The notes: generated by a model from the sequence alone, not told the origin. A stretch of 64,000 bases of DNA from Candidatus Kuenenbacteria bacterium HGW-Kuenenbacteria-1 (GCA_002839745.1 PGYQ01000001.1:16775-80774), one strand, 5' to 3'; shown: positions 27,023 to 36,649, counted from the stretch's first letter. Numbers and translations are program-made.

Positions 27023-27982
27023 AAAATTTGCAATTAATTTTTCAGATTGTTTTTGATTGGAAATCCAATTAATTCGATCGTCTTTTTTAAACCATGTCAT
27101 TTGACGACGAGCATAGCGACGTGTATCGCGTTTAATTAATTCAATTGTCTCATCTAAATTTATTTCATTTCGTAAATACATACCCATTTGTTTATAACCA
27201 ATTCCGCTCATACTTTGTAAATTCCAATTATATTTTTTTGCTAATTCAGTAACTTCTTTTATTAATCCATCTTTAATCATTTGATCAACTCTTTGATTAA
27301 TTTTTTCTAATAATTTTTTTCGATTAGTTTTTATACCTAATTGTAAAACTCTAAATAAGGGTTTATTTTTTTGTCTTTGTTGAGAAAAAAGTTTTCCTTT
27401 AGATAAGCAAACTTCCAAAGCTCTAATAATTCGACGAGCATTATTTTTTTGGACAAATTTTTCAGTTTCAGGATCTAATTTTAATAATTTTTGATAAACT
27501 TTTTCTATACCATATTTTTTAATTTCATTTTCTATTTTTTCTCTTAATTTCGTATTTGGCGGAACTTTAGGAATTTGAAAATTATTAATAATACTAGAAA
27601 TATAAAGTCCAGTGCCACCAACTAGAAATGGTATTTTGCCTTGTTTTTGGATATTTTTAATAATTTTAATTGTCATTTTTTTATATTTAGCCAAACTAAA
27701 TTCTTTATTAGGATTAATAATGTCAATCATATAATGTGGAATGTTGTTGATTATTTGAACTTTGTTGTTTAAACTTTTTACTTTTAATTCTTTGACTTCA
27801 TTTAGACTAAGTTTTTTATTTTTAATTTTATTGGTTCCAATATTCATTTTTTTATAAATTTGTCGCGAATCTGCTGAGACAATCTCGCCATTAAATTTTT
27901 TGGCCAATTTTAAAGCTAACTCGCTTTTACCAGAAGCAGTAGGGCCTAAAATAACAATTAATTGTGGTTTTTTTCTTAACAT
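27017..27982 (-). CDS. miaA: tRNA dimethylallyltransferase
   Basis: GPTASGKS, SADSRQIY, VGGTGLY, YARRQMTWF. Confidence 0.96.
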   Translation of the reverse strand: MLRKKPQLIVILGPTASGKSELALKLAKKFNGEIVSADSRQIYKKMNIGTNKIKNKKLSLNEVKELKVKSLNNKVQIINNIPHYMIDIINPNKEFSLAKYKKMTIKIIKNIQKQGKIPFLVGGTGLYISSIINNFQIPKVPPNTKLREKIENEIKKYGIEKVYQKLLKLDPETEKFVQKNNARRIIRALEVCLSKGKLFSQQRQKNKPLFRVLQLGIKTNRKKLLEKINQRVDQMIKDGLIKEVTELAKKYNWNLQSMSGIGYKQMGMYLRNEINLDETIELIKRDTRRYARRQMTWFKKDDRINWISNQKQSEKLIANFL

Positions 27983-28050
27983 ATTTTTGTATTTAAAATT
28001 ATATTGTTATTTTATTACATTTTAATTTAAAAATCTAATTAAAAGACTGA

Positions 28051-28556
28051 CTGTGGGCGATTACATGGAATCGGCCTACAGGATTTTCCATTGAATTTTT
28101 TTACCATTTTGTAGGGGCGGGTTTTATGCCCGCCCTTTTTTTAGAGACCCTACGTAAAATTGTGTCTGATATAATAAAAATTATTATTGACGTATCCGTA
28201 GGGGCGTACCCTTGCGTACGCCCAGAAATAAAAAACAAATAATTTAATTTAATGGGAAATTTTGTAGGGGCGTATTACAATACGCCCCTACAAAATGCAA
28301 ATTGTTATGCAATACAATTCCGAAATTTTTTTCCTTTTCTTCCTTGCTTCTTTTCTTTTGCTTCTTCTTTTTAGCTAATTTTAGCTACTAGTCCATAGAC
28401 TGTTCTATGGACTAAGAAATTTTATTCCATTCTAAATTCTATTTTTTATTTTTTGTAGAACATCCTAATTGTAGAGTAGTGGGGTAGATGAGAGCCTCTG
28501 CTCTCATCTTTTCAGAAATTAAGAAACCCTCTAAATCTCCCTTGTCAGGGAGACTT
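28051..28556. repeat. Dense cluster of REP-like palindromes, at least five of GTAG type
   Basis: GTAG-hairpins at 28051-28081 (reverse), 28111-28136, 28198-28223, 28264-28291 and 28484-28509; TAGTCCATAGA-CTGT-TCTATGGACTA at about 28390; CCCTT-type copy at about 28524. Confidence 0.85.
28144..28181 (+). mobile_element. Orphan IS/MITE-like terminal sequence GAGACCCTAC (copy 1)
   Basis: 35/39 identical to 37510-37548; shorter copies at 56161 and 59803. Confidence 0.55.
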
Positions 28557-28576
28557 TTTAGTAAATATAAAATGCT

Positions 28577-28618
28577 AAATTGTGTTAAATTATGTTGACA
28601 ATTATGTTAAATTGTGTT
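28577..28618 (+). promoter_or_regulatory. Four direct repeats (AATTRTGTT) overlapping a TTGACA box upstream of the PEP-CTERM gene
   Basis: AAATTGTGTT AAATTATGTT GA CAATTATGTT AAATTGTGTT. Confidence 0.45.
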
Positions 28619-28715
28619 TGTAGTTTTTATTATTTTAGATTAAAATATAAATGACTTGTGCGTATTTTTTCATTTTAAACGCACCAAACTAAAGTCAAAA
28701 GGAGGTGACAAAGAA

Positions 28716-29285
28716 ATGAAAAGGGTAATAATGACAATAGTCGTAATAATACTATCTGCTCAGGCAAGAGCAGACAGTATGTTATTTACGACTGACTGGG
28801 TAAGTGGAACCCAGTCGGTTTCCGGTGGCGGTATAGAGTTTAATTGTACCGTCACTGTCGACCCCAGCTCCACGGAAGGATGCTGGGGTGTGGATTTTTA
28901 TGGGAGTTTTGAAGGGCTAACAAACCTTCAATTTCCCATATCAGCGTTTTGCGTTCAGAGCAAAACGCTTTTCGGGATTGGGAATTTATGGGTCCCACCC
29001 GGAAATTCTTTCACATTTTCGTACGAGATGCCTAACTCGTATGAGGCCGTAAGAGGGACCGCCACCTCTTACGCATATGTTCCTGTTCCTATAGGCTTTA
29101 CTCCTGGGTTAATAGACCTAGGGGTTGAGGACTCAGATTCTATTTGGGTCCCTCGATTGCGACCTGTTGGGCAACCACCTAGTGGCAATGCTGTTCCCGA
29201 GCCATGTACAATGGCTCTACTGGGAATAGGCACGGTTGGCTTAGTGGGTCTTAGACAAAAAGGGGGCAGGATAGGCGCTAAATAA
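28716..29285 (+). CDS. PEP-CTERM sorting domain-containing secreted protein
   Basis: SD AAAGGAGGTG before ATG 28716; signal peptide ending AQARA; C-terminal VPEP + TM helix + basic tail (VPEPCTMALLGIGTVGLVGLRQK). Confidence 0.9.
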   Translation: MKRVIMTIVVIILSAQARADSMLFTTDWVSGTQSVSGGGIEFNCTVTVDPSSTEGCWGVDFYGSFEGLTNLQFPISAFCVQSKTLFGIGNLWVPPGNSFTFSYEMPNSYEAVRGTATSYAYVPVPIGFTPGLIDLGVEDSDSIWVPRLRPVGQPPSGNAVPEPCTMALLGIGTVGLVGLRQKGGRIGAK

Positions 29286-29343
29286 AAAAACCTCACCATA
29301 TGTGAGGCAAAGGAGGTGATTTTTATTTAAAAAAAGAAGAAAA

Positions 29344-29385
29344 AATACACGTAGAGAGAAATTCTCCCCAATCTCTACGTGTATT
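29344..29385. terminator. Long hairpin between convergent genes
   Basis: AATACACGTAGAGA...TCTCTACGTGTATT. Confidence 0.55.
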
Positions 29386-29395
29386 AAATTAATAA

Positions 29396-29677
29396 TTAGG
29401 AAAAAAAATCTTCTTCTTTTATATCTGTTACTTTTTGTTCTACTGGATCTATATCTGTTACTTTTTGTTTTAAAGAATCTATATTTTTAAGAATTTCCTC
29501 TAAATTTTTTGCTAAATCATTTAACTCACTCCCACTAAGAGTTTTAAGATTTTCAAGAGTAAATTCATTTTTTTTAATAAAATCTTTAATTATTTTATTA
29601 AAATCTTTAGTGTCAACAATATTATTTTGTTCCCATAAAAGATTGTAACGTTGTCTTTGTTGTTCCTCTTCAGTCAT
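29396..29677 (-). CDS. Hypothetical protein with a duplicated QKVTDI motif
   Basis: 93-aa ORF; 20-bp direct repeat with a 30-bp period. Confidence 0.5.
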   Translation of the reverse strand: MTEEEQQRQRYNLLWEQNNIVDTKDFNKIIKDFIKKNEFTLENLKTLSGSELNDLAKNLEEILKNIDSLKQKVTDIDPVEQKVTDIKEEDFFS

Positions 29678-29739
29678 ATAAAATATTTTTTTAAAAATAA
29701 AATTATTTTAATAATAACAATTTTTTAAAAAAAGTCAAG

Positions 29740-30897
29740 TTAATTTTTGTTTATTATCTCATTTAAAATTTTCCATCTTTTCTTTTTTTCTTCTTTAGAA
29801 ACATCATTTTTTAATTTAAAGGCGACGGTTTCTGCACGAGGGGAATATTGAGAAATAAAGGCTTTGTTAAATTTTATTTTTTTACATAATTTAACAGTGT
29901 TTTCAAATTGTTTTTTTGTTTCTCCAGGAAAACCAACAATAATATCAGTGGAAATAAAAATTTTTGGTATTTTTTTACGAATTTTTTGAACAAGATTTAA
30001 ATAATTTTTAACTGTATATTTTCGATTCATTTTTTTAAGAATTTCATTATCGCCTGATTGGACTGGTAAATGGAGTTCTTTTTTTATTTTTTCGCATTTT
30101 GCCATTGTGTTAATCAGTTCATTAGACATATCTTTTGGATGAGAAGTCATAAAAGAAATTTTAAAATCACCAGAAATTTCATTAATCATTTTTAACAAAG
30201 AAGGAAAATTTATAAATTTTGATTTTTTAGATGTAGTTTTGACATTTGACATTTGACATTTGACATTTGACTTGTAGCTATTTACATTTTGTCCCAGCAA
30301 AATAATCTCTTTGCGTTCTTTTTTAATTAAATTTTTTATCTCTTTTAAAATTTCTTCTGAAGACCGTGAAATTTCTCGTCCGCGAGTGTATGGAACAATG
30401 CAATATGAACAAAAATTATTACATCCCGTCATAATCGGAACATAAGCAATAGTTTTATTGGAATAGCTTGGTTTAATATGAAAATAATTAGCGGAATTTA
30501 TTTTTCCAAAAGGATTAAGGGATTCTTTGACTTTGTTTGATGGACTATCGGACTTCGTTTGAAATGACAAAAGAATTGATTTTAGTTGTGATAATTCTCG
30601 TATGTCAAAAATTAAATCCACTTTATTTTTAAATTTTTTTTTGTCTTTTTTTAAAATACAACCAGTAAGCGCAATAATTAAAGATGGGTTTTTCTTTTTT
30701 AATTTAGCAAAATTTTTCTCTTGTCCAAAAATTCGATCAATTGCTTTTTGTTTAACAGAACAGCAGTTAATCAATATTAAATTAGCTTTATTTTCATCTA
30801 AAGTAGGCTGATATTTCATTTTTTCTAAAACAGTTGTAATTCGTTCGGAGTCAGAAATATTCATCTGACATCCAAATGTGATAATTTTATAAAACAT
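29740..30897 (-). CDS. miaB: tRNA methylthiotransferase MiaB-like radical SAM protein, lacking the TRAM domain
   Basis: TFGCQMN.SDSE, GCNNFCSYCIVPYTRG, HLPVQSG, TDIIVGFPGET. Confidence 0.9.
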   Translation of the reverse strand: MFYKIITFGCQMNISDSERITTVLEKMKYQPTLDENKANLILINCCSVKQKAIDRIFGQEKNFAKLKKKNPSLIIALTGCILKKDKKKFKNKVDLIFDIRELSQLKSILLSFQTKSDSPSNKVKESLNPFGKINSANYFHIKPSYSNKTIAYVPIMTGCNNFCSYCIVPYTRGREISRSSEEILKEIKNLIKKERKEIILLGQNVNSYKSNVKCQMSNVKTTSKKSKFINFPSLLKMINEISGDFKISFMTSHPKDMSNELINTMAKCEKIKKELHLPVQSGDNEILKKMNRKYTVKNYLNLVQKIRKKIPKIFISTDIIVGFPGETKKQFENTVKLCKKIKFNKAFISQYSPRAETVAFKLKNDVSKEEKKKRWKILNEIINKN

Positions 30898-30906
30898 AAA
30901 TAAAAT

Positions 30907-32034
30907 TTATTGAATTATTATTTCTATATGGTTTTTAATTTTTGGAATTCTTTTTACCCAAAAAGGAGAAAATTTTATTTCTGTTTTTTTAATTCCTTGA
31001 AATTGACTAAAATATTCCTCTATTTCTATTTTTTTTAAACCAATTAATTTGTTTTTATTTAAAATTTCTGATTCTGAATTTAAAGTAGATATTCCTTCTA
31101 AATGAACTTTAATCAAAGCTTCTTTGGTTTTAGAATTATATTGTTCAACTGAATAAGTAAAATTTTGTAAAGGATTAACTAATTTTTGATAAGTATAAAT
31201 TTTTTCTAAAAGTTTAGTTTTAGCTTTTGCTAGTAATTTTTCTTTATCAAAAATAATTGCGGTAATTTTTAATTTAATTCCTAAATTAAATTCATCTTTT
31301 TGTTCTCCAATTTCAACATCTTTTTTTGTTTCTATAATTTCAGAAACAAAAAGACAGGGGATTAAATGATTTTTTTCATTTTCTAGCGCAAATGGTTCAT
31401 CAATTGCTTTTTGAATTTTTTGTAAAATTCTTTTTTTTAATTCATCCGTGGCATTTTTAATATTTTCTTTGGTAACAATTTTATTTTTTTTAATACTTTT
31501 TTTTATTGGTTTATTGCTTTGAGCATAAATTTGATCTTGTATTTGTTTAGGAAGTCCGGGAATAATAAAATGAATTTCTGATTGAGAAATTTCACTTTCT
31601 TTTCCTGGTTGATCAGCATAAATTTCAACTTCAATTTTTCCATTAGAAGGAACATATGCATCGTTTTTAATACGATATAAAATATTATCTGGAGAAAGAA
31701 GGCGAGTTGTAGCAATTAAACGGCGATCAATGGAAGTTTGGTTAAAAATTGTTGCTTTTCCAATAGCTCGTGTTTCTATTTCTGTGTTAGTTTCTTGAGA
31801 AGGGAAAGTGTCTTGTTCTTCTTCAAAAGTTTCAGAAAAATTAACTAAAAACTCATTTGAATTTTTAGAATCAATAATTTCTTTTGCCAAAATAGTAAAA
31901 TCTATTTCATTTTTTTGAGAATCAGGATAAATAAAAATCATTGCTTTTGTAAAAGAAAAATAAATAATAACTAAAATTAAAAGAGTTGTGAATGCGATAA
32001 AAGAAATACTTATTTTTTTAAGAAGCTGATCCAT
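30907..32034 (-). CDS. Membrane-anchored hypothetical protein (baseplate J-like domain, CPR-type)
   Basis: N-terminal TM; A.G..TIFN, L..TTRL, V.ADQPG, F.IPGL, SPFWV..IP motifs. Confidence 0.6.
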   Translation of the reverse strand: MDQLLKKISISFIAFTTLLILVIIYFSFTKAMIFIYPDSQKNEIDFTILAKEIIDSKNSNEFLVNFSETFEEEQDTFPSQETNTEIETRAIGKATIFNQTSIDRRLIATTRLLSPDNILYRIKNDAYVPSNGKIEVEIYADQPGKESEISQSEIHFIIPGLPKQIQDQIYAQSNKPIKKSIKKNKIVTKENIKNATDELKKRILQKIQKAIDEPFALENEKNHLIPCLFVSEIIETKKDVEIGEQKDEFNLGIKLKITAIIFDKEKLLAKAKTKLLEKIYTYQKLVNPLQNFTYSVEQYNSKTKEALIKVHLEGISTLNSESEILNKNKLIGLKKIEIEEYFSQFQGIKKTEIKFSPFWVKRIPKIKNHIEIIIQ

Positions 32035-32271
32035 ATAATGAAAAATGAAAATTAATAATCAGATATTATCATACTTTTTCTCATATTTCAAATTATGTCA
32101 AAGTAATGTCAAAGCAATTTAGAAATGTCATACCTTGATAAATTAATTAAGTTAAAAGTTGAAAGTTAAATGTTATAATTTCTTAAGAATAATTAGAAAA
32201 TTTTGATTTGACATTTTTTAAATCCGTGTTTTAATTAAAATTAATTTTAAACAGATAAAATTGATTTAATA

Positions 32272-32305
32272 ATACGAAAACAGTTCGTATATAAACGAGT
32301 TAGAC
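32272..32305 (+). other. Putative integron attI-like site with core site GTTAGAC
   Basis: GTTAGAC at 32299-32305 is complementary to the cassette's GTCTAAC; short hairpin ATACGAA/TTCGTAT upstream; TTGACA at 32208 may belong to a Pc promoter. Confidence 0.5.
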
Positions 32306-32780
32306 GAAATAATTTTTTTATCTCAATAATATGGAAACAATTTTTGACGAAATTTTTAAAGCGCTTGGGTACTTGTTTATAGCGGGTATAGTTTACTTTG
32401 CATGGAAAACAGCAAACGACAACGCAACGGGCGGTAAATATAAAACTGTTTTATGGAAAGGTTTTTTATGGTGCGCTGGCATAGCTTTATTTGCAAGCAT
32501 AACCTTGGGAAATCCTACTTGCGAAGAACGCTCTGATCCTGTTTATGGTGGTTGTGAGCAATATGCTGATGATGGTTATGAACCAACTACTGAACAGAGA
32601 GCGGCAAAATTTGCTTATTTCATGACATTGCTATATATACCGGTAGTAATTGGCGCTTTAAAAAAGAGATAAAAAAAATTACATCGTCTAACACGGCATA
32701 TCTGCAAGAGCTAAAGCCACATTTCGCCACTCTAATTAAAATAATAATGGATGTGGCGAAACGTCAGATACGCCGAAACG
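32300..32780 (+). mobile_element. Integron-type gene cassette
   Basis: Single promoterless ORF bounded by G|TTAGAC and an attC ending in G|TTATGT. Confidence 0.75.
32331..32672 (+). CDS. Cassette-encoded small membrane protein (3 TM, Cys-pair loop)
   Basis: 113 aa, three hydrophobic segments, CEERSDPVYGGC loop; GC visibly higher than the flanks. Confidence 0.8.
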   Translation: METIFDEIFKALGYLFIAGIVYFAWKTANDNATGGKYKTVLWKGFLWCAGIALFASITLGNPTCEERSDPVYGGCEQYADDGYEPTTEQRAAKFAYFMTLLYIPVVIGALKKR

Positions 32781-32786
32781 TTATGT
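32686..32786 (+). other. attC recombination site (101 bp)
   Basis: GTCTAAC ... GTTATGT; arms CGGCATATCTG/CAGATACGCCG and TTTCGCCAC/GTGGCGAAA. Confidence 0.75.
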
Positions 32787-32972
32787 AAAATAGCCAGAAA
32801 TTTTTTTTATTTTTATTTATCTCGTTAAAAAATCTTACCTTGCTTACTTTTTCTAATAAGGTTTATTTATCGGCAAATTTAGATTGCCGATTTTTTTTAT
32901 TTTTGCTATAATCCACTTTGGATTACGAAATGTAATTTAAGAAAGCGCCAAATGCAAAATTATAAATCCTAA

Positions 32973-33028
32973 TCCGCTAGCTGGCGGACTTAAAAAAGTT
33001 GAAAGTTAAAAGTTAAAAGTTAAAAGTT
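32973..33028. repeat. Palindrome TCCGCTAGCTGGCGGA followed by (RAAAGTT)x5
   Basis: Read directly from the sequence. Confidence 0.75.
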
Positions 33029-33159
33029 ATTGTATTCGTTTTGCTCATAAATAATAATAAAATTATTTGGTGCGAAGTAACACCTTAATTAAAAATTTAT
33101 AATTTCTTGCAAAGTATCTATTTTATTTATAATTTATAATTTAAAATTTATAATTTCTT

Positions 33160-35691
33160 ATGTATTCTCATCAAAAAATTGAAAAAAAGTGGCAGGAGAT
33201 TTGGGAGAAAAACCAATCTCATAAAACAAAAAGCGCTTCAAAAAAGAAAAAATTTTTTTGTCTTGATATGTTTCCCTATCCTTCTGGCGAGGGATTACAT
33301 GTGGGACATTTGCGAGGATATTCTTATTCAGACGCAATTGCCAGAAAGAAAAAAATGGAAGGGTATAATGTCCTGCATCCAATGGGCTGGGACGCTTTTG
33401 GTTTACCAGCTGAAAATTTTGCTTTAAAACATGGGGTTCATCCTATTGAAAGTACTAAAAAAAATATAGCTAATATTAAAAAACAACTTGAAGCTTCGGG
33501 ATTTATGTATGATTGGACACGAGAAATTAATTCTTCTTCTTTAGAATATTATCAATGGACGCAATGGTTATTTTTACAATTATACAAAAATGGATTAGCT
33601 TACAGAAAAGAAGCACCAGTCAATTTTTGTCCTTCTTGTGAAGCCAGCTTAGCTAATGAAGAAGTGGTGGATGGGAAATGTGAACGATGTGGAACATTGA
33701 CAATTAAAAAAAATTTAAAACAATGGTTTTTTAAAATTACAAAATATGCTGATCAATTAGTTGATGATTTAAAAGTTTTGGATTGGCCGGAAAAAGTTAA
33801 AACAATGCAAAAAAATTGGATTGGCCGTAGTTTTGGAACAGAATTTTTTATGGAGATTTTACATGGAGAAAAGGGTGTAATGGAATCAGAAAATATTGAT
33901 AAATTTACTCAACAACGATTAAAAATTAATTTAAATGAAACAGTAAAAATAAAGGTTTATACAACTCGCATTGATACTATTTTTGGAATTACTTATGTTG
34001 TTTTGGCGCCAGAACATCCTTTGGTTCCTTATTTAACTACTCAAGAATATAAAGATGATATAGAAAAATATGTAGAAAAAACGAGAGATGCTTCAGAAAT
34101 TGAAAGAACTTCACAAGAAAAAGAAAAAACTGGCGTTTTTACTGGTTCCTATGCGACGAATCCTGTTAATGGCGCCAAGGTTCCGATTTGGATTGCTGAT
34201 TATGTTTTGTTTGAATATGGCACTGGCGCGATTATGGCTGTGCCAGCTCATGATGAACGAGATTTTATTTTTGCTAAAAAATATGACTTGGAAATTATTG
34301 AGGTAATAAAATCAGAGGATAAACAATCTTCTATTGAAAATTGCGCTTTTATTGATGATGGAATTTTAATAAGCTCGGGAGAATTTGATCAATTGTCATC
34401 GGTTGTAGCGCGAGAAAAAATTACTCAATGGTTAGAAAATCAGGGTTTGGGATTTGGAACAAAAAAATATAAAATCAGGGATTGGCTTATTTCTCGACAA
34501 CGATATTGGGGAGCACCAATACCAATTATTTATTGTAATCAATGTGGAGAAATTCCAGTTTTGGAAGAAAATTTGCCAATTAAATTACCAGAAAATATTC
34601 AAAATTTTAGCCCCACAGCGGATGGAAGATCTCCATTGGCTAGTGTTAAAGAATTTATTGAAACAAAATGTCCTTATTGTGGAGGATATGCCGAAAGAGA
34701 AACAGACACAATTTCTCAATGGGTATGTTCTTCCTGGTATTTTACTCGATATGCTGATTCAAAAAATTCAAAAGAAATTTTTAATAAGAAAAAAGTAAAT
34801 CATTGGTTGCCGGTTGATTTGTATATTGGTGGTGTGGAGCATGCAATTTTACATTTACTTTACGCGCGATTTTTTACAAAGGTGATGCGTGATTTAAAAT
34901 TAATAGAATTCAGCGAGCCATTTATTCATCTTTTTAATCAAGGAATGATTTATTATAAAGGAAAAAAAATGAGTAAATCCAAAGGCAATGTTGTTAACCC
35001 AGATGAATTTTTTGAAAAATATGGCGCTGATACGATGCGAGTTTATGAACTTTTTATGGGACCTGCTGAACAAGATGTTGAATGGAATGATCAAGGCGTG
35101 ATTGGAGCAAATCGATTTTTGCAAAAAGTTTGGAAAATCGTTGAAAATTCCGTAAACACGAATCCTTGTGGTTGTTTAGAAAATAAAACAATAGAACAAT
35201 GTAAAAACTTAAAAGTATTGGAACGACTGACTCATCAAACAATAAAAAAAGTGACTGAAGATATTGAGGCTTTTAAATTTAACACAGTAATTAGCTGTTT
35301 AATGGAATACACGAATTCAATTTTTAATAATAAGTTTAAAGTTCAAAAAGAATATGTTGAAATTTTATTAAAATTGCTTGCGCCGATTGCACCTCATATT
35401 TGTGAGGAATTATGGCACAAACTACATCCAGAGCTTTTTGAAAAAGAAAGTATTTTTGACCAAAAATGGCCTAAATATGACGCTGATTTAATTATAAATG
35501 AAAAATTTGAATTGGTAGTTCAAATTAATAGTAAAGTAAGGTGTAGTATAGAAGTAGAAAAAAATATTTCTGAGGCTGAAGCAAAAGAATTGGCTTTGAA
35601 AAATGAAAAAACAAAAAAATGGATTTCAGAAGAATCTAAAATTAAAAAAATTATCTTTGTTCCTGGGAAATTAATTAATATTGTGATTTAA
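33160..35691 (+). CDS. leuS: Leucine--tRNA ligase
   Basis: MFPYPSG.GLHVGH, WLISRQRYWG, KMSKS. Confidence 0.97.
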   Translation: MYSHQKIEKKWQEIWEKNQSHKTKSASKKKKFFCLDMFPYPSGEGLHVGHLRGYSYSDAIARKKKMEGYNVLHPMGWDAFGLPAENFALKHGVHPIESTKKNIANIKKQLEASGFMYDWTREINSSSLEYYQWTQWLFLQLYKNGLAYRKEAPVNFCPSCEASLANEEVVDGKCERCGTLTIKKNLKQWFFKITKYADQLVDDLKVLDWPEKVKTMQKNWIGRSFGTEFFMEILHGEKGVMESENIDKFTQQRLKINLNETVKIKVYTTRIDTIFGITYVVLAPEHPLVPYLTTQEYKDDIEKYVEKTRDASEIERTSQEKEKTGVFTGSYATNPVNGAKVPIWIADYVLFEYGTGAIMAVPAHDERDFIFAKKYDLEIIEVIKSEDKQSSIENCAFIDDGILISSGEFDQLSSVVAREKITQWLENQGLGFGTKKYKIRDWLISRQRYWGAPIPIIYCNQCGEIPVLEENLPIKLPENIQNFSPTADGRSPLASVKEFIETKCPYCGGYAERETDTISQWVCSSWYFTRYADSKNSKEIFNKKKVNHWLPVDLYIGGVEHAILHLLYARFFTKVMRDLKLIEFSEPFIHLFNQGMIYYKGKKMSKSKGNVVNPDEFFEKYGADTMRVYELFMGPAEQDVEWNDQGVIGANRFLQKVWKIVENSVNTNPCGCLENKTIEQCKNLKVLERLTHQTIKKVTEDIEAFKFNTVISCLMEYTNSIFNNKFKVQKEYVEILLKLLAPIAPHICEELWHKLHPELFEKESIFDQKWPKYDADLIINEKFELVVQINSKVRCSIEVEKNISEAEAKELALKNEKTKKWISEESKIKKIIFVPGKLINIVI

Positions 35692-35768
35692 TTAAATAAT
35701 TAAATAAATTTACTTATCATATGGACTCTTTATATTTCAAAATATAAAAATGAAAGGCGGTGAAAATT

Positions 35769-36254
35769 ATGGAAGATAATAAAAATTTAGAAACAGGCTG
35801 TTGCCCAAAATTTAATCCAGAACCATGGAATGACAAAGAAATTGTTTGGGAAAATAAATTATTTGTTAAAGATTGTGTAAAAAGTTTTTTTCATATCCCA
35901 TTAAATTTTGGCAAGATTATGACGAAAAATATGGAAAAGATTAAATTAGCAAATGTTTTTGATTCTGAAATGATTGTAATGACAGATGAAAAATCTTTAT
36001 GGGGTAGCGATGTTTATATTTCAGTTAGCAAGGACGCGCCTGAATTAGAAATAGTAAAAATATCCGGAACATTTTTAACCAAGGTTTTTGAAGGGTCTTA
36101 TAAAAATATGGGTAATTGGATTAAAGAGATGCAAGGTTTTGTTAAATCAAAAGAAAAAGAGATTAAAAAAATGTTCTTTTTCTATACCACCTGTCCCAAA
36201 TGCGCTAAGATATATGGCAAAAATTACACGGTTATTTTAGTGCAAATTAAATAA
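35769..36254 (+). CDS. Conserved hypothetical protein (GCCP...CPKCAK; often annotated as hydrolase)
   Basis: GCCPKFNPEPW, FEG.Y and YTTCPKCAK.YGKNY motifs; start at 35760 (GTG) or 35769. Confidence 0.7.
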   Translation: MEDNKNLETGCCPKFNPEPWNDKEIVWENKLFVKDCVKSFFHIPLNFGKIMTKNMEKIKLANVFDSEMIVMTDEKSLWGSDVYISVSKDAPELEIVKISGTFLTKVFEGSYKNMGNWIKEMQGFVKSKEKEIKKMFFFYTTCPKCAKIYGKNYTVILVQIK

Positions 36255-36510
36255 TTTACTTTGAATTACAAAACTCTCTATTTTGTCATTCCTTCGATGG
36301 CAATTAGAAATTTATTTAGTCCATGGACCAGTCTATGGACTATTGGCTAAAATTAGCAATTTTAAATTTATAAACAAGAAAATAAAATTTTAAACTGTAT
36401 TATTTTTAATATGTTAACATAATATAAATTTTTATATTGAAAGGTGTATTTTTTTGAAGTCACCTTCGTATTTTGTAGTAGAAGGGAAAAATATTAAAAT
36501 CTAAAAAATA

Positions 36511-36645
36511 TTATTTTACGGTGTGTTGACTAATAGACTCTATATTTCGATCAAATTCACCGATAAAACTTGGTTGTGTGGCAAGGCTTTTGGCTGGGGC
36601 GATTATTCTTATTTCGTCGCCTTTTTTAAGTTTTTCTGGAGTCAT
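36511..36645 (-). pseudogene. N-terminal fragment of an S66 LD-carboxypeptidase (MccF-like)
   Basis: Reverse strand reads MTPEKLKKGDEIRIIAPAKSL, resembling the S66 N-terminus, then stops after 44 aa. Confidence 0.6.
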
Positions 36646-36649
36646 ATTG

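Noticed and set aside
30907-32034. Prophage suggested by the baseplate J-like protein
   Set aside because: Solitary, membrane-anchored and co-oriented with miaB; no other phage genes
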